Source of the DNA: Nemertoderma westbladi
Taxonomy: Eukaryota; Animalia; Xenacoelomorpha
Reading direction: 5' to 3'
Length of the DNA stretch: 50,737 bases
NCBI GenBank assembly: GCA_032718475.1
Contig: JAUCBJ010005844.1
Location: forward strand, 1 to 50,737
Below, piece after piece: positions 26,701 through 38,400 of the stretch. How positions within the stretch are numbered: position 1 is the stretch's first letter; each line of letters begins with the position of its first letter. The notes under the pieces were generated by a model. The model was not told the DNA's origin and did no database searches. It saw nothing but the letters and a program-made list of their open reading frames with translations. The position numbers and the translations under genes are program-made.

Positions 26701-29446
26701 ACGAGTTCGGTGTTCGTAGTACCGAGGTTGAGAAGGTGCGTTGCTTACGAGTTCAGTGTTCGTAGTACCGAGGTTGAGAAGACGCGTTGCTTACGAGTTC
26801 GGTGTTCGTAGTACCGAGGTTGAGAAGGTGCGTTGCTTACGAGTTCAGTGTTCGTAGTACCGAGGTTGAGAAGGTGCGTTGCTTACGAGTTCAGTGTTCG
26901 TAGTACCGAGGTTGAGAAGGTGCGTTGCTTACGAGTTCAGTGTTCGTAGTACCGAGGTGGAGAAGGTGCGTTGCTTACGAGTTCGGTGTTCGTAGTACCG
27001 AGGTTGAGAAGGTGCGTTGCGTACGAGTTCAGTGTTTGTAGTACCGAGGTTGAGAAGGTGCGTTGCTTACGAGTTCAGTGTTCGTAGTACCGAGGTTGAG
27101 AAGGTGCGTTGCTTACGAGTTCGGTGTTCGTAGTACCGAGGTTGAGAAGGTGCGTTGCTTACGAGTTCGGTGTTCGTAGTACCGAGGTTGAGAAGGTGCG
27201 TTGCTTACGAGTTCAGTGTTCGTAGTACCGAGGTTGAGAAGGTGCGTTGCTTACGAGTTCGGTGTTCGTAGTACCGAGGTGGAGAAGGTGCGTTGTTTAC
27301 GAGTTCGGTGTTCGTAGTACCGAGGTTGAGAAGGTGCGTTGCTTACGAGTTCGGTGTTCGTAGTACCGAGGTGGAGAAGGTGCGTTGTTTACGAGTTCGG
27401 TGTTCGTAGTACCGAGGTTGAGAAGGTGCGTTGCGTACGAGTTCAGTGTTCGTAGTACCGAGGTTGAGAAGGTGCGTTGCGTACGAGTTCGGTGTTCGTA
27501 GTACCGAGGTTGAGAAGGTGCGTTGCTTACGAGTTCAGTGTTCGTAGTACCGAGGTTGAGAAGGTGCGTTGCTTACGAGTTCGGTGTTCGTAGTACCGAG
27601 GTGGAGAAGGTGCGTTGTTTACGAGTTCGGTGTTCGTAGTACCGAGGTTGAGAAGGTGCGTTGCGTACGAGTTCAGTGTTCGTAGTACCGAGGTTGAGAA
27701 GGTGCGTTGCGTACGAGTTCGGTGTTCGTAGTACCGAGGTTGAGAAGGTGCGTTGCGTACGAGTTCAGTGTTCGTAGTACCGAGGTTGAGAAGGTGCGTT
27801 GCTTACGAGTTCGGTGTTCGTAGTACCGAGGTGGAGAAGGTGCGTTGTTTACGAGTTCGGTGTTCGTAGTACCGAGGTTGAGAAGGTGCGTTGCGTACGA
27901 GTTCAGTGTTCGTAGTACCGAGGTTGAGAAGGTGCGTTGCGTACGAGTTCAGTGTTCGTAGTACCGAGGTTGAGAAGGTGCGTTGCTTACGAGTTCAGTG
28001 TTCGTAGTACCGAGGTTGAGAAGGTGCGTTGCTTACGAGTTCGGTGTTCGTAGTACCGAGGTTGAGAAGGTGCGTTGCGTACGAGTTCAGTGTTCGTAGT
28101 ACCGAGGTTGAGAAGGTGCGTTGCTTACGAGTTCGGTGTTCGTAGTACCGAGGTTGAGAAGACGCGTTGCTTACGAGTTCGGTGTTCGTAGTACCGAGGT
28201 TGAGAAGGTGCGTTGCTTACGAGTTCAGTGTTCGTAGTACCGAGGTTGAGAAGGTGCGTTGCTTACGAGTTCGGTGTTCGTATTACCGAGGTTGAGAAGG
28301 TGCGTTCTTACGAGTTCAGTGTTCGTAGTACCGAGGTTGAGAAGGTGCGTTGCTTACGAGTTCGGTGTTCGTAGTACCGAGGTTGAGAAGGTGCGTTGCT
28401 TACGAGTTCAGTGTTCGTAGTACCGAGGTTGAGAAGGTGCGTTGCTTACGAGTTCGGTGTTCGTAGTACCGAGGTTGAGAAGGTGCGTTGCTTACGAGTT
28501 CAGTGTTCGTATTACCGAGGTTGAGAAGGTGCGTTCTTACGAGTTCAGTGTTCGTAGTACCGAGGTTGAGAAGGTGCGTTGCTTACGAGTTCGGTGTTCG
28601 TAGTACCGAGGTTGAGAAGGTGCGTTGCTTACGAGTTCGGTGTTCGTATTACCGAGGTTGAGAAGGTGCGTTGCTTACGAGTTCGGTGTTCGTATTACCG
28701 AGGTTGAGAAGGTGCGTTCTTACGAGTTCAGTGTTCGTAGTACCGAGGTTGAGAAGGTGCGTTGCTTACGAGTTCAGTGTTCGTAGTACCGAGGTTGAGA
28801 AGGTGCGTTGCTTACGAGTTCAGTGTTCGTAGTACCGAGGTTGAGAAGGTGCGTTGCTTACGAGTTCAGTGTTCGTAGTACCGAGGTGGAGAAGGTGCGT
28901 TGCTTACGAGTTCAGTGTTCGTAGTACCGAGGTTGAGAAGGTGCGTTGCTTACGAGTTCGGTGTTCGTAGTACCGAGGTTGAGAAGGTGCGTTGCTTACG
29001 AGTTCAGTGTTCGTAGTACCGAGGTGGAGAAGGTGCGTTGCTTACGAGTTCAGTGTTCGTAGTACCGAGGTTGAGAAGGTGCGTTGCTTACGAGTTCAGT
29101 GTTCGTATTACCGAGGTTGAGAAGGTGCGTTGCTTACGAGTTTAGTGTTCGTAGTACCGAGGTTGAGAAGGTGCGTTGCTTACGAGTTCAGTGTTCGTAG
29201 TACCGAGGTTGAGAAGGTGCGTTGCTTACGAGTTCAGTGTTCGTAGTACCGAGGTTGAGAAGGTGCGTTGCTTACGAGTTCAGTGTTCGTAGTACCGAGG
29301 TTGAGAAGGTGCGTTGCTTACGAGTTCGGTGTTCGTAGTACCGAGGTTGAGAAGGTGCGTTGCTTACGAGTTCAGTGTTCGTAGTACCGAGGTTGAGAAG
29401 GTGCGTTGCTTACGAGTTCAGTGTTCGTAGTACCGAGGTTGAGAAG
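14716..29446. repeat. Satellite A, right block: ~320 copies, including 16-, 45- and 51-bp variant monomers
   Basis: Same monomer; starts with the right TSD (14716-14730) and ends at ...GGTTGAGAAG 29446. Confidence 0.99.
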
Positions 29447-29545
29447 TTGAGTATTCTTATGCACGATGCATCTCAGCAAGCCAATTGGTTATGGTGGTGG
29501 CACAAATTCTTTTGTTAAGCCAGCATAGCATTTTAATGTGCAGCT

Positions 29546-29587
29546 GTAGTGCAGTGCAGTAGTGTAGTGCCGTGCAGTGCAGTGCAG
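29546..29587. repeat. Imperfect (GCAGT)n microsatellite
   Basis: gtagtgcagtgcagtagtgtagtgccgtgcagtgcagtgcag. Confidence 0.75.
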
Positions 29588-29851
29588 CATGTTTGTTCAA
29601 TGTGCAGCTGATTTTAAATACTTGGAGAAATTGAGAGGGCTCAACTAAGAGTTAGACATTTTCCACTGCGTGGTACCGTAAGCTTAAAGAGTAAGCTTAG
29701 TGCTACGTGCGTCACAGATCATACTTAAACACAATGTGGTTCAAGCATGTTCGATCGTATATTCCTTGTCAGTGAGGGTGGGGATGGTTCCCCATTCTTG
29801 ACAATCAATATACTGATGCGATAGTCCAACGCGAGCTCACTGCGGCTGAAG

Positions 29852-29865
29852 CCGCTAGGGGGCGG
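29852..29865 (+). promoter_or_regulatory. CTCF-like motif CCGCTAGGGGGCGG
   Basis: Close match to the CTCF core CCASYAGRKGGCRS. Motif match only; binding not shown. Confidence 0.45.
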
Positions 29866-30492
29866 TAGATACGAAAGCGAGGTACGTACGGTTGCACCCA
29901 TTCACCCAGGGCGCAGCTGTTGACGATTCCGGTCATATTAGCTGTCCCAAGGTTGATTGCGGAGGTCAGACAACCGACATGTCATGCACACGGCCATTTC
30001 GGTTTGACTAAACATTTAAACTCCGCCAGTCTCTCATTCTCACTGGGATATTCTCACCAGGGTAGCACCAGGATGGGGCTACCAAAGGTGGTAGTGAACA
30101 GAGCAAGACTATGCACAATCACCTCATGACACAACTCGCGAGCCCAATCAACAGATGTTGGCTGACAGACTGTTAATGTTAACTGGTCTAGCATCTAAGC
30201 GAATTCATTAGTCGATATCCATCGACCCTCAATATTCGATCATCTATCAACTACTGAATGTCCCTATAAGTTTAACATCGATTCATAAGGTAAACGTGTT
30301 TCTCTTTATCCGACCCGGTAATATGGAATACACTGCCGTCGGAACTTACTCGGTGTCCTCACTAGATATTTTAAAGAAAAGACAAAAAATACACTTTATT
30401 ATTTATCGTCAAATTAATGTGGGGCGAGCCACGAAGTTGGCGGAGCCTTAGCGAATTGACACTGTTAGGGGGTGGGTCAATTTATGCAAATA

Positions 30493-30555
30493 GTTGTCGT
30501 CGTCGTCGTTGTCGTCGTCGTCGTCGTTGTCGTCGTCGTTGTCGTCGTCGTCGTT
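30493..30555. repeat. (GTC/GTT)21 microsatellite
   Basis: Read directly; explains the poly-Arg ORF 30417-30605. Confidence 0.95.
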
Positions 30556-30579
30556 ACGATTTTGACATGCTATTAACTT

Positions 30580-31140
30580 TGTCGGATTTAAAGCTGCCAA
30601 GTTGAAAATTTGTAGGTATCAATATGAGCTAAAGTTGAGACGTTTGAGAGACTTTCAGACACCATCAGAGCAATAGTCTCCTGCTAGAGGGCCACATGTC
30701 TAAACGTTAAATGTCCTCCCATTTCTTTGCTTTTAATCCATTTATGCTGAAATTTGGCAGATATGTACTTAGACCATTAGCTGTGACTTTGAAAGAAGGA
30801 ATTGAATTGAATTGAATTGAAGGCTAATCCGTGTGCAGTTCTTCAGTCTGCCGTTAGAGGGCGAAATGTTTGAAAGTGAAATCTTTCTCCCATCTCGTTA
30901 TTTATGATCCGTTCAAGCTGAAACGTAGCAGATATGTAGTAGAAGTCGGCCTGAGTCTTTGGTGGGCAGTAAACGGTCTGGAGTCCTCCAGTCTGCCGCT
31001 AGAGGGCGAAATGTATAACTGTCCCCAATTCCTTGATATTAATTTATTTAAAGTGAATATTGGCATATGTACTAGAGCACATGCTGCGTCTTTCTGAGGA
31101 AGGTGGTCGATCTGCATTTCTCCAGTCTGCCGCTAGAGGT
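30580..31140 (+). repeat. About 4 diverged ~135-170-bp tandem core repeats, each with a CTCF-like motif
   Basis: Recurring AGTCT..CCGCTAGAGGGCGAAATGT-like blocks at ~30680, 30851, 30996 and 31130, each of the first three followed by GCTGAAA....GCAGATATGTA-like blocks. Confidence 0.75.
30799..30821. repeat. (GAATT)4 microsatellite
   Basis: gaattgaattgaattgaattgaa. Confidence 0.85.
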
Positions 31141-31193
31141 AAGCGGAAATTCAAGACGCTGGTCACACTACTAAACGCATTATTTCAACATTC

Positions 31194-31430
31194 TGCAGAC
31201 ACCTGGTGCAGACACCTGGTGCAGACAACTGGTGCAGACACCTGGTGCAGACACCTGGTGCAGACACCTGGTGCAGACACCTGGTGCAGACACCTGGTGC
31301 AGACACCTGGTGGGTGCAGACACCTGGTGGGTGCAGACACCTGGTGCAGACACCTGGTGCAGACACCTGGTGCAGACACCTAGTGCAGACACCTGGTGCA
31401 GACACCTGGTGCAGACACCTGGTGCAGACA
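31194..31430. repeat. 13-bp minisatellite (TGCAGACACCTGG)n, ~18 copies
   Basis: Read directly; two units have a 4-bp GTGG insertion. Explains the overlapping repetitive ORFs at 31060-31559. Confidence 0.97.
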
Positions 31431-32307
31431 GTTAGGCAGACCGGTACTGAAATGAATTACACAATAGCCTACATTCGCAGAAAAGCCTTTCTAGAATTAT
31501 CACTTATGACTACTTATTTGCGTGCATTTTTCACTGGGATTGGCTGCGTGCGTGTCTAGCGTCGTCTCTTTGATTACGTTGAACCATTGGCAATATACAG
31601 AATGTTTTGATTGGACCTATAGGACTAGGAACTTTGCGTGGAAGAATATAATGGTAGAAATCATAACAAATAATACTCATATAACTTATATTTCGGCAGT
31701 TCTTTTAAATATGTAAACCTCTACCGGACTGCTGATTCATATACATTCCTAACATTCCACACCACATTCCAATAATATCCTAATACAGTAATACTTTCGA
31801 ATTAGTACTTAAATTAAATTTAAGTCACGTGCTGCGCGAAGGCCCCACTTCGTGTTACTATTTACCCTATATATTTTAAATACTTCATTTTTATTAGTTA
31901 ATGTGTTTCAAATTGTCAGTCAGTTTTGTGTATTATGTTACTACCTTAACGTACACGTAGACATTTCTAATTTTTTTCTGACATTGGAACACTATCGGCG
32001 CTTTATCAATACATTTTTAAAATAATAACGTGGTAAATAAAACATTTTAAAGTAATTATTCAACACCCACTACGGCCTGTTTCGCAGAAGCTTGAAATAT
32101 TTTATATAAGCATACGCGAGCTCTCATCAACAGACTGAAACGTGATTGGCGCAAGTTTATAGTGCCGCTTCCCAGTGGTTAGTTAGAGCCCTTTTCATTG
32201 CTCTATATTAATTACCAATGAGTTCCGTTTGTGGTATCTACCTGTGTTTTAGTTTTATTTTTTCGTTAAAAAACACCAAAATCACATTGCATCTGTAATT
32301 TCATTAG

Positions 32308-32331
32308 TTTGTAATTTTGTTTTTGTAACAG
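32308..32331 (+). promoter_or_regulatory. 3' splice site of the Maf1 exon (T-rich tract + CAG)
   Basis: tttgtaattttgtttttgtaacag immediately precedes the Maf1-like codons. Confidence 0.85.
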
Positions 32332-32451
32332 CTACAATCCAGACCTTCAGAGCGACCCTTATGGAGAAGATGGGAGTCTTTGGTCCTTCAATTATTTCTT
32401 CTACAATCAAAAACTCAAGAGAATGTTATTCTTTACGTGTAGAGCCACAAG
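32332..32451 (+). CDS. MAF1: Internal coding exon (120 nt, phase 2-2) of Maf1, repressor of RNA polymerase III transcription (C-box region)
   Basis: Translation from 32333: [39 protein letters not shown]. Aligns without gaps to human MAF1 as I recall it ([39 protein letters not shown]). Bounded by cag| and AAG|GTATGT. The ORF track shows this frame only from the ATG at 32423. Confidence 0.95.
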
Positions 32452-35400
32452 GTATGTTTGGTTATTCTTTACGTGTAGAGCCACAAGGTATGTTTGGTTA
32501 TTCTTTACTAGAGCCACAAGGTATGTTTGGTTATTCTTTACGTGTAGAGCCACAAGGTATGTTTGGTTATTCTTTACGTGTAGAGCCACAAGGTATGTTT
32601 GGTTATTCTTTACGTGTAGAGCCACAAGGTATGTTCGGTTATTCTTTACGTGTAGAGCCACAAGGTATGTTCGGTTATTCTTTACGTGTAGAGCGACAAG
32701 GTATGTTTGGTTATTCTTTACGTGTAGAGCCACAAGGTATGTTTGGTTATTCTTTACGTGTAGAGCCACAAGGTATGTTTGGTTATTCTTTACTAGAGCC
32801 ACAAGGTATGTTTGGTTATTCTTTACTAGAGCCACAAGGTATGTTTGGTTATTCTTTACTAGAGCCACAAGGTATGTTTGGTTATTCTTTACTTGAGCCA
32901 CAAGGTATGTTTGGTTATTCTTTACTAGAGCCACAAGGTATGTTTGGTTATTCTTTACTAGAGCCACAAGGTATGTTTGGTTATTCTTTACTTGAGCCAC
33001 AAGGTATGTTTGGTTATTCTTTACTAGAGCCACAAGGTATGTTCGGTTATTCTTTACGTGTAGAGCGACAAGGTATGTTTGGTTATTCTTTACGTGTAGA
33101 GCCACAAGGTATGTTTGGTTATTCTTTACGTGTAGAGCCACAAGGTATGTTTGGTTATTCTTTACTAGAGCCACAAGGTATGTTTGGTTATTCTTTACTA
33201 GAGCCACAAGGTATGTTTGGTTATTCTTTACTAGAGCCACAAGGTATGTTTGGTTATTCTTTACTAGAGCCACAAGGTATGTTTGGTTATTCTTTACTTG
33301 AGCCACAAGGTATGTTTGGTTATTCTTTACTAGAGCCACAAGGTATGTTTGGTTATTCTTTACTAGAGCCACAAGGTATGTTTGGTTATTCTTTACGTGT
33401 AGAGCCACAAGGTATGTTTGGTTATTCTTTACGTGTAGAGCCACAAGGTATGTTTGGTTATTCTTTACGTGTAGAGCGACAAGGTATGTTTGGTTATTCT
33501 TTACGTGTAGAGCCACAAGGTATGTTTGGTTATTCTTTACGTGTAGAGCCACAAGGTATGTTCGGTTATTCTTTACGTGTAGAGCGACAAGGTATGTTTG
33601 GTTATTCTTTACGTGTAGAGCCACAAGGTATGTTTGGTTATTCTTTACGTGTAGAGCCACAAGGTATGTTTGGTTATTCTTTACTAGAGCCACAAGGTAT
33701 GTTTGGTTATTCTTTACTAGAGCCACAAGGTATGTTTGGTTATTCTTTACGTGTAGAGCCACAAGGTATGTTTGGTTATTCTTTACGTGTAGAGCCACAA
33801 GGTATGTTTGGTTATTCTTTACGTGTAGAGCCACAAGGTATGTTTGGTTATTCTTTACGTGTAGAGCCACAAGGTATGTTTGGTTATTCTTTACTAGAGC
33901 CACAAGGTATGTTTGGTTATTCTTTACTAGAGCCACAAGGTATGTTTGGTTATTCTTTACGTGTAGAGCCACAAGGTATGTTTGGTTATTCTTTACTAGA
34001 GCCACAAGGTATGTTTGGTTATTCTTTACTAGAGCCACAAGGTATGTTTGGTTATTCTTTACGTGTAGAGCCACAAGGTATGTTTGGTTATTCTTTACTA
34101 GAGCCACAAGGTATGTTTGGTTATTCTTTACTAGAGCCACAAGGTATGTTTGGTTATTCTTTACGTGTAGAGCCACAAGGTATGTTTGGTTATTCTTTAC
34201 TAGAGCCACAAGGTATGTTTGGTTATTCTTTACTAGAGCCACAAGGTATGTTTGGTTATTCTTTACTAGAGCCACAAGGTATGTTTGGTTATTCTTTACG
34301 TGTAGAGCCACAAGGTATGTTTGGTTATTCTTTACGTGTAGAGCCACAAGGTATGTTTGGTTATTCTTTACGTGTAGAGCCACAAGGTATGTTTGGTTAT
34401 TCTTTACTAGAGCCACAAGGTATGTTTGGTTATTCTTTACTAGAGCCACAAGGTATGTTTGGTTATTCTTTACGTGTAGAGCCACAAGGTATGTTTGGTT
34501 ATTCTTTACTAGAGCCACAAGGTATGTTTGGTTATTCTTTACTAGAGCCACAAGGTATGTTTGGTTATTCTTTACGTGTAGAGCCACAAGGTATGTTTGG
34601 TTATTCTTTACGTGTAGAGCCACAAGGTATGTTTGGTTATTCTTTACTAGAGCCACAAGGTATGTTTGGTTATTCTTTACGTGTAGAGCCACAAGGTATG
34701 TTTGGTTATTCTTTACGTGTAGAGCCACAAGGTATGTTTGGTTATTCTTTACGTGTAGAGCCACAAGGTATGTTTGGTTATTCTTTACTAGAGCCACAAG
34801 GTATGTTTGGTTATTCTTTACGTGTAGAGCCACAAGGTATGTTTGGTTATTCTTTACGTGTAGAGCCACAAGGTATGTTTGGTTATTCTTTACTAGAGCC
34901 ACAAGTTATGTTTGGTTATTCTTTACTAGAGCCACAAGGTATGTTTGGTTATTCTTTACGTGTAGAGCCACAAGGTATGTTTGGTTATTCTTTACGTGTA
35001 GAGCCACAAGGTATGTTTGGTTATTCTTTACTAGAGCCACAAGGTATGTTTGGTTATTCTTTACTAGAGCCACAAGGTATGTTTGGTTATTCTTTACTTG
35101 AGCCACAAGGTATGTTTGGATATTCTTTACTAGAGCCACAAGGTATGTTTGGTTATTCTTTACTAGAGCCACAAGGTATGTTTGGTTATTCTTTACGTGT
35201 AGAGCCACAAGGTATGTTTGGTTATTCTTTACGTGTAGAGCCACAAGGTATGTTTGGTTATTCTTTACGTGTAGAGCGACAAGGTATGTTTGGTTATTCT
35301 TTACGTGTAGAGCCACAAGGTATGTTTGGTTATTCTTTACGTGTAGAGCCACAAGGTATGTTCGGTTATTCTTTACGTGTAGAGCGACAAGGTATGTTTG

Positions 35401-38400
35401 GTTATTCTTTACGTGTAGAGCCACAAGGTATGTTTGGTTATTCTTTACGTGTAGAGCCACAAGGTATGTTTGGTTATTCTTTACTAGAGCCACAAGGTAT
35501 GTTTGGTTATTCTTTACTAGAGCCACAAGGTATGTTTGGTTATTCTTTACGTGTAGAGCCACAAGGTATGTTTGGTTATTCTTTACGTGTAGAGCCACAA
35601 GGTATGTTTGGTTATTCTTTACGTGTAGAGCCACAAGGTATGTTTGGTTATTCTTTACGTGTAGAGCCACAAGGTATGTTTGGTTATTCTTTACTAGAGC
35701 CACAAGGTATGTTTGGTTATTCTTTACTAGAGCCACAAGGTATGTTTGGTTATTCTTTACGTGTAGAGCCACAAGGTATGTTTGGTTATTCTTTACTAGA
35801 GCCACAAGGTATGTTTGGTTATTCTTTACTAGAGCCACAAGGTATGTTTGGTTATTCTTTACGTGTAGAGCCACAAGGTATGTTTGGTTATTCTTTACTA
35901 GAGCCACAAGGTATGTTTGGTTATTCTTTACTAGAGCCACAAGGTATGTTTGGTTATTCTTTACTAGAGCCACATGGTATGTTTGGTTATTCTTTACGTG
36001 TAGAGCCACAAGGTATGTTTGGTTATTCTTTACGTGTAGAGCCACAAGGTATGTTTGGTTATTCTTTACGTGTAGAGCCACAAGGTATGTTTGGTTATTC
36101 TTTACTAGAGCCACAAGGTATGTTTGGTTATTCTTTACTAGAGCCACAAGGTATGTTTGGTTATTCTTTACGTGTAGAGCCACAAGGTATGTTTGGTTAT
36201 TCTTTACTAGAGCCACAAGGTATGTTTGGTTATTCTTTACTAGAGCCACAAGGTATGTTTGGTTATTCTTTACGTGTAGAGCCACAAGGTATGTTTGGTT
36301 ATTCTTTACGTGTAGAGCCACAAGGTATGTTTGGTTATTCTTTACTAGAGCCACAAGGTATGTTTGGTTATTCTTTACGTGTAGAGCCACAAGGTATGTT
36401 TGGTTATTCTTTACGTGTAGAGCCACAAGGTATGTTTGGTTATTCTTTACGTGTAGAGCCACAAGGTATGTTTGGTTATTCTTTACTAGAGCCACAAGGT
36501 ATGTTTGGTTATTCTTTACGTGTAGAGCCACAAGGTATGTTTGGTTATTCTTTACGTGTAGAGCCACAAGGTATGTTTGGTTATTCTTTACTAGAGCCAC
36601 AAGGTATGTTTGGTTATTCTTTACTAGAGCCACAAGGTATGTTTGGTTATTCTTTACGTGTAGAGCCACAAGGTATGTTTGGTTATTCTTTACGTGTAGA
36701 GCCACAAGGTATGTTTGGTTATTCTTTACGTGTAGAGCCACAAGGTATGTTTGGTTATTCTTTACGTGTAGAGCCACAAGGTATGTTTGGTTATTCTTTA
36801 CGTGTAGAGCCACAAGGTATGTTTGGTTATTCTTTACTAGAGCCACAAGGTATGTTTGGTTATTCTTTACTAGAGCCACAAGGTATGTTTGGTTATTCTT
36901 TACGTGTAGAGCCACAAGGTATGTTTGGTTATTCTTTACTAGAGCCACAAGGTATGTTTGGTTATTCTTTACTAGAGCCACAAGGTATGTTTGGTTATTC
37001 TTTACGTGTAGAGCCACAAGGTATGTTTGGTTATTCTTTACGTGTAGAGCCACAAGGTATGTTCGGTTATTCTTTACGTGTAGAGCCACAAGGTATGTTT
37101 GGTTATTCTTTACTAGAGCCACAAGGTATGTTTGGTTATTCTTTACTAGAGCCACAAGGTATGTTTGGTTATTCTTTACGTGTAGAGCCACAAGGTATGT
37201 TTGGTTATTCTTTACTAGAGCCACAAGGTATGTTTGGTTATTCTTTACTAGAGCCACAAGGTATGTTTGGTTATTCTTTACGTGTAGAGCCACAAGGTAT
37301 GTTTGGTTATTCTTTACGTGTAGAGCCACAAGGTATGTTTGGTTATTCTTTACGTGTAGAGCCACAAGGTATGTTTGGTTATTCTTTACGTGTAGAGCCA
37401 CAAGGTATGTTTGGTTATTCTTTACTAGAGCCACAAGGTATGTTTGGTTATTCTTTACTAGAGCCACAAGGTATGTTTGGTTATTCTTTACGTGTAGAGC
37501 CACAAGGTATGTTTGGTTATTCTTTACTAGAGCCACAAGGTATGTTTGGTTATTCTTTACTAGAGCCACAAGGTATGTTTGGTTATTCTTTACTAGAGCC
37601 ACAAGGTATGTTTGGTTATTCTTTACGTGTAGAGCCACAAGGTATGTTCGGTTATTCTTTACGTGTAGAGCCACAAGGTATGTTTGGTTATTCTTTACTA
37701 TAGCCACAAGGTATGTTTGGTTATTCTTTACTAGAGCCACAAGGTATGTTTGGTTATTCTTTACTAGAGCCACAAGGTATGTTTGGTTATTCTTTACTAG
37801 AGCCACAAGGTATGTTTGGTTATTCTTTACTAGAGCCACAAGGTATGTTTGGTTATTCTTTACTAGAGCCACAAGGTATGTTTGGTTATTCTTTACTAGA
37901 GCCACAAGGTATGTTTGGTTATTCTTTACGTGTAGAGCCACAAGGTATGTTTGGTTATTCTTTACTAGAGCCACAAGGTATGTTTGGTTATTCTTTACTA
38001 GAGCCACAAGGTATGTTTGGTTATTCTTTACGTGTAGAGCCACAAGGTATGTTTGGTTATTCTTTACTAGAGCCACAAGGTATGTTTGGTTATTCTTTAC
38101 TAGAGCCACAAGGTATGTTTGGTTATTCTTTACGTGTAGAGCCACAAGGTATGTTTGGTTATTCTTTACTAGAGCCACAAGGTATGTTTGGTTATTCTTT
38201 ACTAGAGCCACAAGGTATGTTTGGTTATTCTTTACTAGAGCCACAAGGTATGTTTGGTTATTCTTTACGTGTAGAGCCACAAGGTATGTTTGGTTATTCT
38301 TTACGTGTAGAGCCACAAGGTATGTTTGGTTATTCTTTACGTGTAGAGCCACAAGGTATGTTTGGTTATTCTTTACTAGAGCCACAAGGTATGTTTGGTT

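Larger units (their letters stand above)
30410..31855 (+). mobile_element. Probable non-autonomous Helentron-associated (HINE/pearl/Tsp-like) element; boundaries approximate
   Basis: Order typical of the class: T-rich flank, head with imperfect GAA-loop hairpin (GCCACGAAGTTGGC), (GTY)n microsatellite, diverged ~135-170-bp core repeats, and a 3' segment GCCCCACTTCGTG (31842-31854) complementary to head motifs GTGGGGC and CACGAAGT. A second copy of the head is at 48484. Confidence 0.55.

Noticed and set aside
1-29446. Telomeric repeat array
   Set aside because: The G-rich strand points into the unique sequence rather than towards the open left end, and no canonical telomere motif is present.
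29920-31716. Short ORFs in the spacer
   Set aside because: They derive from micro/minisatellites or have no recognisable similarity; none resembles another Maf1 exon.
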